Source: a virus (Duplodnaviria; Caudoviricetes). Taken from it: a stretch of 42,946 nt of DNA. The first letter of the stretch is position 1. Each line of letters opens with the position of its first letter. Shown here piece after piece: positions 16,528 to 26,700 of the stretch. The notes beneath the pieces are model-generated. The model was not told the DNA's origin. It worked only from the letters and a program-made list of their open reading frames with translations, and did no database searches. A program made the translations under genes and the position numbers. The stretch covers positions 1-42,946 of IMG/VR virus record IMGVR_UViG_3300046786_000701; one strand, written 5' to 3'.

Positions 16528-17247
16528 ATGAGTAGAAAACAAATGAAAAAACGTTTTACATCAGAAGTTAACATAATAGATTTTCAACCATACATGCCAC
16601 AAAAGCGTAGACAAGTCACGCTATCCCCAAGAAATAAAAGCCAAAAAGAATACCTAAGAAAATTACAAGATGAAACCAATAGCATTGTATTTGCTATCGG
16701 TCCAGCTGGTACAGGTAAAACTATGTTGGCAGTTCAAAATGGAATTAAGTTATTTCAAGAAGGCAAAATTGAAAAAATCGTTGTGACAAGACCCGCCGTT
16801 TCTGTAGACGAAGATTTAGGATTTTTACCAGGTACATTGGAGGAAAAGATGGCACCATGGACTAGACCTATTTTTGATGTCTTTTCAGAATATTATCAAA
16901 AAAGAGACATTACAAAATATTTAGAGGAAGGTGTTATCGAGATAAGCCCACTAGCGTACATGCGCGGAAGAACTTTTAAGAATGCTTATATTGTTGCTGA
17001 TGAAATGCAAAATGCAACAGTAAGTCAAATGAAAATGTTATTAACTAGAATTGGCGAAGGATCACAAATGGTTGTAACAGGAGATTTGGCCCAAGCGGAC
17101 AGGTTAAATGATAATGGTTTAATCGACTTTTGTAGATTGCTTGCAGAGAAGCCAGAATTAAAACACATCGATGTTGCTGAATTTACAGCAATGGATATTG
17201 AGAGACATGAAGCCGTTAAGGAGGTGTTATCAATTTACGGTGAATAA
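16528..17247 (+). CDS. phoH: PhoH-family ATPase
   Basis: GPAGTGKT, TRPAV, LGFLPG, YMRGRTF, DEMQN, GDLAQ motifs; SD AGGAG. Confidence 0.93.
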   Translation: MSRKQMKKRFTSEVNIIDFQPYMPQKRRQVTLSPRNKSQKEYLRKLQDETNSIVFAIGPAGTGKTMLAVQNGIKLFQEGKIEKIVVTRPAVSVDEDLGFLPGTLEEKMAPWTRPIFDVFSEYYQKRDITKYLEEGVIEISPLAYMRGRTFKNAYIVADEMQNATVSQMKMLLTRIGEGSQMVVTGDLAQADRLNDNGLIDFCRLLAEKPELKHIDVAEFTAMDIERHEAVKEVLSIYGE

Positions 17248-17248
17248 C

Positions 17249-17275
17249 AAAAAGGGGGCAACAGCCCCCTTTTTT
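17249..17275. terminator. Bidirectional intrinsic terminator
   Basis: AAAAAGGGGGC-AACA-GCCCCCTTTTT between convergent genes. Confidence 0.9.
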
Positions 17276-17474
17276 ATTTACCCCAGTCTATACCAATCCA
17301 TACTCGTTCATGAATATAATATAGAATTGTATGAAATATTACTTGGATCCCAGCAATACTACTAGCCAGTACAATATCATCAATTATAAAATATGATATG
17401 ATAAATGATGCTATAGTAGCTATTATACGCCAACTTATAGTTTTAACTAGTGTCCTAGTTGTTGTTTCTGTCAT
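17274..17474 (-). CDS. Small membrane protein, DUF2061-like
   Basis: RTLVKTISWRIIAT...YYIHERVW..I.WG pattern; two hydrophobic helices. Confidence 0.75.
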   Translation of the reverse strand: MTETTTRTLVKTISWRIIATIASFIISYFIIDDIVLASSIAGIQVIFHTILYYIHERVWIGIDWGK

Positions 17475-18391
17475 ACATGTGACAACCTGATAAGAGTAGC
17501 AGATAGATTGATTTCTGGATCAACGACTAATGTATGATCAACCAATCCTTGTTTAATTATAAGAATCGCTTTTTCCTGATTATCTTCGTCACCAAAAATT
17601 TCAATGTTATCATATAACCATCGATATATATCTTCCATTTCTTCCGGTCTGGCTTGACTACATAACATTTTTCGTGCTTCTGTAATTTTTCCAGCTTTGA
17701 ATAACTGAACCATTTCAATTTTATAGTCAGTCGAGCCATTATCACTAGAATGTGGAGTAATTAACTCACCGTCTAAGCTATTCATTTGCACCATATTGAT
17801 ACATTTACGCAAATCTGGATAAGTTGCCTTTACAAACGTATCTAATGTATCTAGGTCAAAGTTTATATTTTCTGAAAATAGAATGGTTGCGATTCTCGCG
17901 GTAAATTCAGTTTGGTCAACTTTTTCAATATGAAATCCTTGACACCTGCTATGAATTGCAGGAATAATTTTATTAGGATAGTTGCATGTTAATACGAATC
18001 TAACGATATCTTGATAATCTTCCAGTATGCCACGCAATGCTGCTTGTGCATTTGGGGACATGTAATCAGCTTCATCTAATAAGATGACTTTGAATTCACC
18101 AAACGGTAACATGTGTAAATGATTCATTACTTTTTCACGAATATCATCTACTGAATTATTACGAGATGCGTTGAGTTCTAATATATCATATCGATTGATG
18201 TTTAATAAATTAAACAATATTTTTGCCAATGTAGTTTTACCAACTCCGGCAGTACCACTTAATAGTAGATGCGGAATAGAACCATCTTTAATCCATGCTT
18301 CTATTTGAGATTTTTGATGGGTGTCTCTAAAAACATAACCATCTAAAGTGTTTGGGCGATATTTTTCCACCCACAATTCCTTTACAGCCAT
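17471..18391 (-). CDS. Sliding-clamp loader ATPase (RFC small subunit/T4 gp44-like)
   Basis: WVEKYRP, GTAGVGKT, ELNAS, LDEAD and SRC motifs. Confidence 0.92.
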   Translation of the reverse strand: MAVKELWVEKYRPNTLDGYVFRDTHQKSQIEAWIKDGSIPHLLLSGTAGVGKTTLAKILFNLLNINRYDILELNASRNNSVDDIREKVMNHLHMLPFGEFKVILLDEADYMSPNAQAALRGILEDYQDIVRFVLTCNYPNKIIPAIHSRCQGFHIEKVDQTEFTARIATILFSENINFDLDTLDTFVKATYPDLRKCINMVQMNSLDGELITPHSSDNGSTDYKIEMVQLFKAGKITEARKMLCSQARPEEMEDIYRWLYDNIEIFGDEDNQEKAILIIKQGLVDHTLVVDPEINLSATLIRLSHV

Positions 18392-18420
18392 TTACCAATC
18401 CTTTGGTTATTAAAACGATT

Positions 18421-18449
18421 ATTATACAAGAAAAGTTAGGGTCTGTCAA
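18421..18449 (-). promoter_or_regulatory. Consensus sigma70 promoter for the clamp loader
   Basis: TTGACA (18449-18444), 17 bp, TATAAT (18426-18421). Confidence 0.88.
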
Positions 18450-18458
18450 GACCCTAAC
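18431..18458 (-). terminator. Intrinsic terminator after groES, overlapping the -35 element
   Basis: GTTAGGGTCT-TGAC-AGACCCTAAC-TTTT on the minus strand. Confidence 0.8.
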
Positions 18459-18463
18459 CGGTA

Positions 18464-18853
18464 TTAGAACATTGGCTTACTAAAGTCAAATGTTTGAGTG
18501 GTTGATTTGTTTGAATGTCCGAGGTATACATCATTCGGTTTTTCATCAGATACCATCATGATTGATTTATTTTCTACTCGACGAATTTCAGCAATAGTTC
18601 CGGATGCTAGTTCTACCTTTGCTCCACGAGTCCATCTACCATGTTCAATTAAGATCCAATCACCTGGTTTAATTTTATGTTGGTCTTTGCCTACAGTAAA
18701 AACCTTAGCCCATCGTGGTTTAATACCTTCTGATTTCCCATTATCACTGCCAATAATTAATCCAGCTTGGGTTACTTGTTCTGCAAAATTCATATCTGAA
18801 ACAATAATATGATCATGTAATGGTATTACATCTTTACATTTTATATTACTCAT
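18464..18853 (-). CDS. groES: Co-chaperonin GroES-like
   Basis: PLHDHIIV, TQAGLII mobile loop, VFTVG...IKPGDWIL Cpn10 pattern. Confidence 0.8.
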   Translation of the reverse strand: MSNIKCKDVIPLHDHIIVSDMNFAEQVTQAGLIIGSDNGKSEGIKPRWAKVFTVGKDQHKIKPGDWILIEHGRWTRGAKVELASGTIAEIRRVENKSIMMVSDEKPNDVYLGHSNKSTTQTFDFSKPMF

Positions 18854-19158
18854 TCGTTGCCTTCTGGGTCCATATCAGATACATTTTTAATTTTTGATGA
18901 TTTTACTGGTTGTTCATTTGGTAAGATTGGTTGTTCAACCGGTTGTTTAATCATAATTTCATCTTGGATATGCTGACTTGGCATTACCACATCTTCCACT
19001 TTTGAAATAATTCTACCACCTGGTCCTAATTCATCACCTCTGGCATTTACTTTAACATTGCCAATTGCAACCGTTAATTCATTTTGATTCATTAGTTTAT
19101 TCATATCAACTTCTTTTCCTTGCATTGACCGATAAACCACACGTTGTTGTTCTTTCAT
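18850..19158 (-). CDS. Hypothetical protein
   Basis: 102 aa, SD AAGGAG, ATGA-coupled to groES. Confidence 0.72.
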   Translation of the reverse strand: MKEQQRVVYRSMQGKEVDMNKLMNQNELTVAIGNVKVNARGDELGPGGRIISKVEDVVMPSQHIQDEIMIKQPVEQPILPNEQPVKSSKIKNVSDMDPEGNE

Positions 19159-19168
19159 TATAATCTCC

Positions 19169-19678
19169 TTATCTTAAAAATTCTTTCCAATCTAAATTAT
19201 ATTTAATAGAATCTATTCGATGAATACCAATTAAATATAAAACATAACTGGATACACTAGAGCCACGCCCAACTCCCCACAATATATTATTTTCGGTACA
19301 AGTATCGACAAAATATTTACACCATTGTAATAGTGCCATCATTCCTAACCGTTCAAATTCTGAAAGCTCTTCAATAACACGTTCTCGTTCATGGTCTGAA
19401 TGACATTTTGATATACAAAATGATTGTACATCAAAATTTTTATATTCAGTAGGTATAAACCATGATGATTGATTGATTCTATCAAATTCTTCTATGGTAA
19501 TCGATTGGTCAATTGATGAATTGTTATTCCATTGAATTTCGGCGATATTTTCTAGATTTATTAATTCTCTATTAATATCCACTGATAGTTGAGGTAGAAC
19601 CGATGTATTCCCTTGATAAAGGATATTGAACACATCGGTTTCATTAAAAATTGGGTTGTTGAACTTATCTAATCTCAT
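19169..19678 (-). CDS. DNA polymerase III alpha (DnaE)-like fragment
   Basis: ERVIEEL...WGVGRGSSVSSYVLYLIGIHRIDSIKYNL..EFL matches the C-family GRGS region; only 169 aa. Confidence 0.8.
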   Translation of the reverse strand: MRLDKFNNPIFNETDVFNILYQGNTSVLPQLSVDINRELINLENIAEIQWNNNSSIDQSITIEEFDRINQSSWFIPTEYKNFDVQSFCISKCHSDHERERVIEELSEFERLGMMALLQWCKYFVDTCTENNILWGVGRGSSVSSYVLYLIGIHRIDSIKYNLDWKEFLR

Positions 19679-19687
19679 TGGTACATT

Positions 19688-19918
19688 TTAATTGATATTG
19701 ATAAGTTTGTCAAGTCCTTTTTCTCTATTTTCCATCATTCGTTGCCATTCATTGTGACGACGGGTTGCCATTTCTTCTTTATAGGTTTCTAACACTGCTG
19801 AAATTTGTTGTTGTAGTCCAAAATTTTGTGTCATGAAATATTTTTTACCTAAATCAGTAATTTTAGCCTCAATTTCAGCGTCTTTCATTTCTGAAAGATT
19901 GGTGATCAATGGATGCAT
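19688..19918 (-). CDS. Hypothetical protein
   Basis: 76-aa helical ORF, TAATG-coupled. Confidence 0.68.
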   Translation of the reverse strand: MHPLITNLSEMKDAEIEAKITDLGKKYFMTQNFGLQQQISAVLETYKEEMATRRHNEWQRMMENREKGLDKLININ

Positions 19919-20745
19919 TAATACTCACCTAAATATCTAATATAGACATTGGTACCATGATCATGGCTCCATGCTTCGATTACCTTATGCTTTCCATTTG
20001 TATTAAGTGTACAGTTAACAAGGTTTGCGGTAACTGCAATTGGCGAAATAGAAATCCAAGTATTAGCTGCCACTGTTGCTGTTAGATTTTTATCAATTGT
20101 AATACTATTAGAAGTACTTGATACTACTTTACTATCTGCTGGAATATTAGTACCTGATACATATCCACCAACATGCGGAATTATATTACCTGAAGTTGGA
20201 ATAGATGAATTTGTAAATGATAATACATTAGTTCCGATTCCACTACTTGAATTAGTGATAAATGCTTGTATATTTGTAACTCCATTTTCAATTACCATTG
20301 TCCCAGCATTTACAGTAGTTAATGTAGGTGTTCTGGTGCCATTTCCATCACTTTTAAGATGTATTCTAATAACTGCATATTCATTTAATGCAGCCCAGTT
20401 ATTGAATCTCAAAGTTGCATTTCCTGTCAATGTAAACTTTTGAAATGGTCCATTATTCAAATCAATATCAGTTTGTGATGCGACTGTTTCAGTATGAACA
20501 GCTCCATAAAACTTATTATATATCGCATTACTAACAGTACTTCCTTGTAAATCATTGATTACTGCTGAATTATCACTTAAACTTGCCTTTAATACAGTAT
20601 AAGTTTGCAAGTCTGCTATTTCTCCTTTAGCAGTTTCCAACGCTATTTTAATAGAATTAAAATTATCACGAAATCCTTGGGTGTTATTATCTTGCCCAGC
20701 AACTGGGAAGGCTTCATCAATTGATGAAAAATTTATATTACTCAT
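19918..20745 (-). CDS. Putative virion structural protein
   Basis: FPVAGQDNNTQGFRDNF N-terminus, coiled coil, beta-rich body; GATAAATA box at 20783-20776. Confidence 0.6.
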   Translation of the reverse strand: MSNINFSSIDEAFPVAGQDNNTQGFRDNFNSIKIALETAKGEIADLQTYTVLKASLSDNSAVINDLQGSTVSNAIYNKFYGAVHTETVASQTDIDLNNGPFQKFTLTGNATLRFNNWAALNEYAVIRIHLKSDGNGTRTPTLTTVNAGTMVIENGVTNIQAFITNSSSGIGTNVLSFTNSSIPTSGNIIPHVGGYVSGTNIPADSKVVSSTSNSITIDKNLTATVAANTWISISPIAVTANLVNCTLNTNGKHKVIEAWSHDHGTNVYIRYLGEY

Positions 20746-23741
20746 ATTGTTATCCTATCGTTTCTAAATACGAAATATTTATCGTTTGTACTGCCATCAA
20801 TTGAATCAATTATATATCGATCAACTGTATAATCTAATAATTTAAAGTCAAAATTGTTATGTTTTATATTTAAAATAATGTCATCACCCATTCCAACTTT
20901 ACAATAACATAAGGGAACTGCTAATGTAAATCCTAGTTCAGTTTTTGTACCTGGTTGAATACTTCTCATCCATAAAGGTAAATAATTACGCTCTGATGCA
21001 AATGAAATTGAGTTAGATGGATCATTTGGGTCGATATCACTCCAATTTTTAAATCTATCTCTCCAATTACTAACACTATTTGGGAAATAAGTTGATGGTT
21101 TACTATTAGACGATTGATAACCAGTACTATCAACACTAATTAACGGGTTAGGTCTACTTGAACTTGGTGCAGTATTATTAAGTTGATCTAATGATATATC
21201 CCAGAATGATAAACTATTATCAGTTGTTATACTTGGTGTTTGTTGTCCACCATGAATTGTATTAGGCAATCGTTTATTATTAGGTTCTAGTGGATCTATC
21301 ATTTCAATATAAACAACTTCATATACTTGGGATTTAGTACTCATATCAACTGCTATTGCTTTTTTAACATTTCCGAATTGGAATCGTTTTCTTTTATGAT
21401 TGAGGCCCATTGCACTTATATATGTTGCAGAATCACGCGATTCAATACCTGCATATATCATCATTGATAAATCAGTTTGAACTCCAAAATTAGTATCATT
21501 TAATCTATAAATATTTTCAGGTGTAAATATGGTAGTATCATTTATAAATGTGCTCCAAATATCACGTTGCGACATTTTTAATAATGGTTTAACTTTGATA
21601 TTGCTATAATTAATCTGGTACGGAGTGTTTACAAAAAGAGTAAATGATTTAGTAATTTCAGAAAATGCTAAAATATCTCGTGCCTTGATTGTAAAGGTGA
21701 ATAATCTATCAAAAGTAGTAGTTCCACTATCAAATAATGTATCATTGCTTGTATAATCAAAATTCGTAAGACCTTTTAAATTTACATTATTAGTAAATTG
21801 TATGACGGTTCCAATTATTTCACCATCTAAAGTCAATGATAGACCATTTGGAAGTGACCCATCTTCAATTGTATATAATACAATTGCATTAGTTATGTTA
21901 CTTGATGCTTCAACTTTTAATGTTGACACATTGTTAGCATTTATAGAACCAAGATTAGCTGGTGTAACCCAATTTAAAACACTGTCGATCTCCCCAATTA
22001 TTTTGAGTGTAAATGTTCTGGTTGATGATGCATCTTCAACACCTTTATCATCATATGTTGTTGCAGTTATTGTAAATCTATATGTTTCTGTAATTGCCGG
22101 TTGATATGGAACTCTTCCATAGATATCAGCGGTATTATAGTCAAAATGCATCCCAGGTGGAAGACCGTAATGAGACCAATTGGTAATATCTATTGCTTCG
22201 CCTGATATATGGGTTTTTATACATATATATTGTTTACCACTTATCAGTATCAAATCATTTATATAATAGCTATGTAAAGGCTGCCATGCATCTGATGCAT
22301 CCGCAAATGAATAACTCACTGGCATCCCATTTACTCTGTTATAGGTATCTAAGAATACAACTACATAATTATTAGCACGATATGTTCCTAAATCGGTTTT
22401 AGTAATCCAAATTGGAGATCTTAGATATGTAACGTCAGCGGTAAATAATCCAGTATTATCTAATAAGGTATTATTATCTGCTCTGAAATAATCATCCCCA
22501 ACTACAAATATCTTAAAGGTACGTTTAGCAATAGTATCCCCATCTGTAATTGTAACTATAAATTGATAATTTCTATTTAATTTCTTTGGAGTACTAGATG
22601 GTAAACTATAATCATAATCAGGTGCATCAAAGATATAGCTGTCGTAACCATTGGTAGGTCTGTAACCAAAATCATATGCAATTATATCATATAATCCATT
22701 ATCATACCATCCCGTACCATCTTCTGGTTTTATAGATAAAGTAGGTTCAACAAATCCAACTAACCTTCCATCAGTTGTTAATGTTAAGCCTGGTGGTAAT
22801 ACTCCTTCATCATCTGCTATAAAATAACTTAATTGCTGACCAGTTGCAGTATCATTATCATATGCTTCTATTTGATAATCAACATATGTACTATCTAACA
22901 CAAAATATTGATGATATAATCCAATATCTAAAAACCCACTTTGTGTAGTGAATGTTGGTGCATCTGCCCCATCAATTGTCATCGTAAAGGTTCTATCAGA
23001 AATTACTGAATAGATGCTTGCTCTAATACAAAATTTAAAGGTAGTAAGTCTTGGTACTTCATATGGTGTGCCAACTAACATTGAACCTTTTAACCGAATA
23101 CCAGGCGGTAATTCACCAGCAATAACTGTATAACTTATTCCTTCGAATTTTATAATAGGCAATTGTACATTCAATATAGCTCTCTCATTAAATGTTCCTA
23201 ACGAATAATTTGAATCTACACTCCAAAACTTTACAACATCTGATGCAATCATGACACCAGTGTTGGCAATCGATTGAAACCCAGTGGCATTAATGGATAA
23301 TTTGGTATTGAACACCCCAGAATTAGTGGTTGCATGATGGCTGTCAATCAACTTATTAATAGACATATTAGTTGATACTATACCAGCACGAGTTATTAAT
23401 TTATTAACAGATAATTCCACCGAATAATTACTAATCATATCACCAACTGCTATATTGGCACTAGAACCATTTAATTCAGCTGCTAATTCAAATGTAATCG
23501 AACCCGTATTTGCGGAGGTTGAAAGTCCAATTAAATCTTCAGTTAGATTAACATTATCTAATGAATTAAATGCTGACGTAACTTGAACCCCAGTCAATGC
23601 AATCGACACATTCGCTGATAATATGTGTTGAACAGCTGTCAACGATTTACCAGTCAATGTATCAGTTGCAGCATCGGTAAAACTCCATCCGGTATTGTTA
23701 CCAGAATTTATTGATGTAGTACTAGCAAACCATATTGTCAT
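20742..23741 (-). CDS. Ig-like repeat baseplate-type structural protein with CBM5/12-like insert and N-terminal extension
   Basis: Four LPPG/LPNG putative-Ig repeats ending F.I.A/FT; WQPLHSYYINDLI..GKQYICIKTHIS chitin-binding-like module. Confidence 0.65.
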   Translation of the reverse strand: MTIWFASTTSINSGNNTGWSFTDAATDTLTGKSLTAVQHILSANVSIALTGVQVTSAFNSLDNVNLTEDLIGLSTSANTGSITFELAAELNGSSANIAVGDMISNYSVELSVNKLITRAGIVSTNMSINKLIDSHHATTNSGVFNTKLSINATGFQSIANTGVMIASDVVKFWSVDSNYSLGTFNERAILNVQLPIIKFEGISYTVIAGELPPGIRLKGSMLVGTPYEVPRLTTFKFCIRASIYSVISDRTFTMTIDGADAPTFTTQSGFLDIGLYHQYFVLDSTYVDYQIEAYDNDTATGQQLSYFIADDEGVLPPGLTLTTDGRLVGFVEPTLSIKPEDGTGWYDNGLYDIIAYDFGYRPTNGYDSYIFDAPDYDYSLPSSTPKKLNRNYQFIVTITDGDTIAKRTFKIFVVGDDYFRADNNTLLDNTGLFTADVTYLRSPIWITKTDLGTYRANNYVVVFLDTYNRVNGMPVSYSFADASDAWQPLHSYYINDLILISGKQYICIKTHISGEAIDITNWSHYGLPPGMHFDYNTADIYGRVPYQPAITETYRFTITATTYDDKGVEDASSTRTFTLKIIGEIDSVLNWVTPANLGSINANNVSTLKVEASSNITNAIVLYTIEDGSLPNGLSLTLDGEIIGTVIQFTNNVNLKGLTNFDYTSNDTLFDSGTTTFDRLFTFTIKARDILAFSEITKSFTLFVNTPYQINYSNIKVKPLLKMSQRDIWSTFINDTTIFTPENIYRLNDTNFGVQTDLSMMIYAGIESRDSATYISAMGLNHKRKRFQFGNVKKAIAVDMSTKSQVYEVVYIEMIDPLEPNNKRLPNTIHGGQQTPSITTDNSLSFWDISLDQLNNTAPSSSRPNPLISVDSTGYQSSNSKPSTYFPNSVSNWRDRFKNWSDIDPNDPSNSISFASERNYLPLWMRSIQPGTKTELGFTLAVPLCYCKVGMGDDIILNIKHNNFDFKLLDYTVDRYIIDSIDGSTNDKYFVFRNDRITI

Positions 23742-26700
23742 ATTGCTATAGAATCCTGTATGTTTAAGTATGAACAGATAACAATATTACTACCTATATA
23801 TCGTAAGGTAGCGGCAGTGCCAGCTGTTGAACTATTAATAGTTACTAAATTACCATTAGTGCCTGATAATTTAAAATCATTGAAACTGTTGGTTGAACCT
23901 GAAGTAAATGTAACTGTGGTTGGTTGAATGGTGTTTGTAATGGAATTAAACGTATTATCACCGGTAATTGTAACTGAACCACTACCACCTTGGTTTAGTT
24001 TATTATATGTTAACCCACCGCCGTTAAAAATTTTAGCAATTGCAGAAGTTAATGAAATTGTATAATTACCAGTTAATGTCAGATTTGTTCCTATTCCTGG
24101 ATCAAACACGGTCCCAGACCCAGTTAATGTTAATGTATTATTCCCAATTAAAATACTTCTAGGACTAGCACCAGTATTAAGTAATGACCCAACAGTTAAC
24201 GATTTATTATTGGTGTCTAATGTACCAGAATTCATAGTCAATGTTCTTGATGACCCAATAGTCAATGCATCAATTAATTTAACAGTAGTGGTTCCATTGA
24301 ATAAAACTGGGCAATCAAGTAATACACCATTTGTTGTTATATTAGAATCTAATACTGTACCACCAATCTGTAACACAGAATTACTGGATGGAGGTGTCAT
24401 AGTTGTTGATAAGGTTAGTGAACCAAATAATTGGATACTTGTATTGTTTAATGAACCAGAAAACCCAGTAAAGTTTAAACTTCTACATCTATATCCACCA
24501 AAAATTAACACATCACTACCAGCAATGATATTAAAATCTACTACATTATTTTCGGTAGCAGTCCCAGAATTCACACCAGATATAGTTCTAGAACCAGTAG
24601 ATCCAGCATATGTAAAATTAACAGTTCTGGAACCTGTTATTGTTAAATTGGTTCCGGTCGTAGTGGACCAAACCGTACCAGCATTCCCGGTGACATTAAT
24701 AGAACCAGTGCCAAATCCAATAGATCTAGTATTAGAATTTATACTAGTGAAGAATCCAACTGTTAATGTATTATTATTTAAATTTAATGTACCAGCAGTA
24801 AAACTGGTGGTTCTTGAAGAACCAATTGTTAATGAATCTATTAAATTAAAGATTGCAGTCCCACCAGCACCACCAATCGTCACAGGAAAATCAAGAGTTT
24901 TTCCAAATGTAGTTATAGTTTTTGTACCAGATGTTGCATTAAATGATAATGTAAAAGTACCTGCTGAAACTGCTATATTAGGACTTAATTTGAAATTTCC
25001 AGTAACAGCAATTGAATTACCTAATGATAGTGATCCAGAATATCCAGTAAAATCAACATCATTTAATACGCCACCAGTAGTTGCAATGGCTATAACATCA
25101 GAACCAGTTGTAACATTCAATCCCAACCCTGCGGTAGTTAATGCTGCTAATTTAATCTGTCTTACACCCTGTGTGGAATTTCCTGTTAATTCTAATAATG
25201 AAGTACCTGTATAGGTAAGGTTAGTTGATGTAGATGTATCCCAAACAACAGTTGTTGCTGCGGTAGATGCCACAAATGGGCATACAAATTTACCTGTACC
25301 AAAAGCAATACTTCTGGTATTAGTATTTGAACTAGAAAATATATAAGTATTAAATGTATGATTATTTAAATTGATAATACCAGCAGTTAGTGTAGTTCCA
25401 ATCGTGCTAGTAGTTATAAAATCTGTTAATAAATTATAATTAGCATTTCCACCGACAAATTGAACCTCTGAAGCAATTGACGCACCATTCAATGATATAT
25501 TATGTGTTCCATTATACTTACCAAAATATATAATACCGGTTGATGCAGTAGTTGTTACATTTGAATTTAATTTAAAATCACCATAAATAGTAATCCCTGT
25601 TCCACCAATCCCGAATGTCATTGGTAGAGTTCTCGCTGACATGTCTACGGTGCCCATTTGCCAGTTTGTACCTGTTGAAATAGTATTACCAGTAGATAAC
25701 CCAATATCAGTAATAACAGCGGTATCTTGCATCAATGGGAAATTGTCGGAAGATACAGCTCCGGTCGGACTTAATGCCCATGCTGAGGTCTGCCAACTCC
25801 CACCAGCTGGATAATTCCAGTAAACTGTTTTTGCTGGTTCAAATGTTATATTTGTTGTATTCCCACCATCTCCTAGCCTAGTTCCAGACCATGGGGCCGA
25901 TGTTCCTAACACATTAACATCTTGAAAATCTACATCAGATAATGTCGCAATCGTTGCAACAGTCATATTAATTGCATTATTAGTTGATGTACTTCTAATA
26001 CGAAAACGTCTAATTGCGGTATTGGATGAACCAAATGTTAAAGTACCATTAATTTGTTGATTCGCACCAAATTGTATAGAAGTTCTACTTGTTGCTCCTG
26101 CTGATATAAATGTTAAATTATTATAGGTATTTACACCATTAATAATGTATGCTTGACCAGCAGTTGTATTGTTATAAGATACATTATTATATGTTAGACC
26201 ACCACCATTAAAAGTAGGAGAAGCCCCTGAAACTATAATACTAGAGCTGCCCGCATTAAAAGTTAAATTGGTAGTTGTAGTAAATGTCCATGGTGTTGTA
26301 CCAATGCTAACCGTTACGGTAGAAGACCCTAAATTTAAACTTCTAATATTACTATTATTACTATTAAAAGCAACACATGTAAGATTAAAATTATTAGTAA
26401 TTAATGAACCATTAGTCAATGTCATCGTATTACTAGAAGTTGTTAATGCTGATCCTAGTGTCCATTCGCCACCAACACCATCATATGTTACTACAGTAAC
26501 TGCTAATGTAACGCCATTGGTTATAATAGTTTTACCAGTAGTGGTTGCTTTGAATTTTAATATTGATGAGCCACTACCAGTCCATGTTAAATTAGTAGCT
26601 GGTAAAGTTAAACTTCCATAAACATCAATTTCATTATTTGCTTGTAGTAATATTGATGCAACTCCATCTAAACTACCAGCAGTAAAATCTCTACAAGTAA

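Noticed and set aside
24210-25214. 334-aa plus-strand ORF
   Set aside because: Antisense shadow of the T/G/N-rich adhesin, explained by its codon bias; no independent signals.
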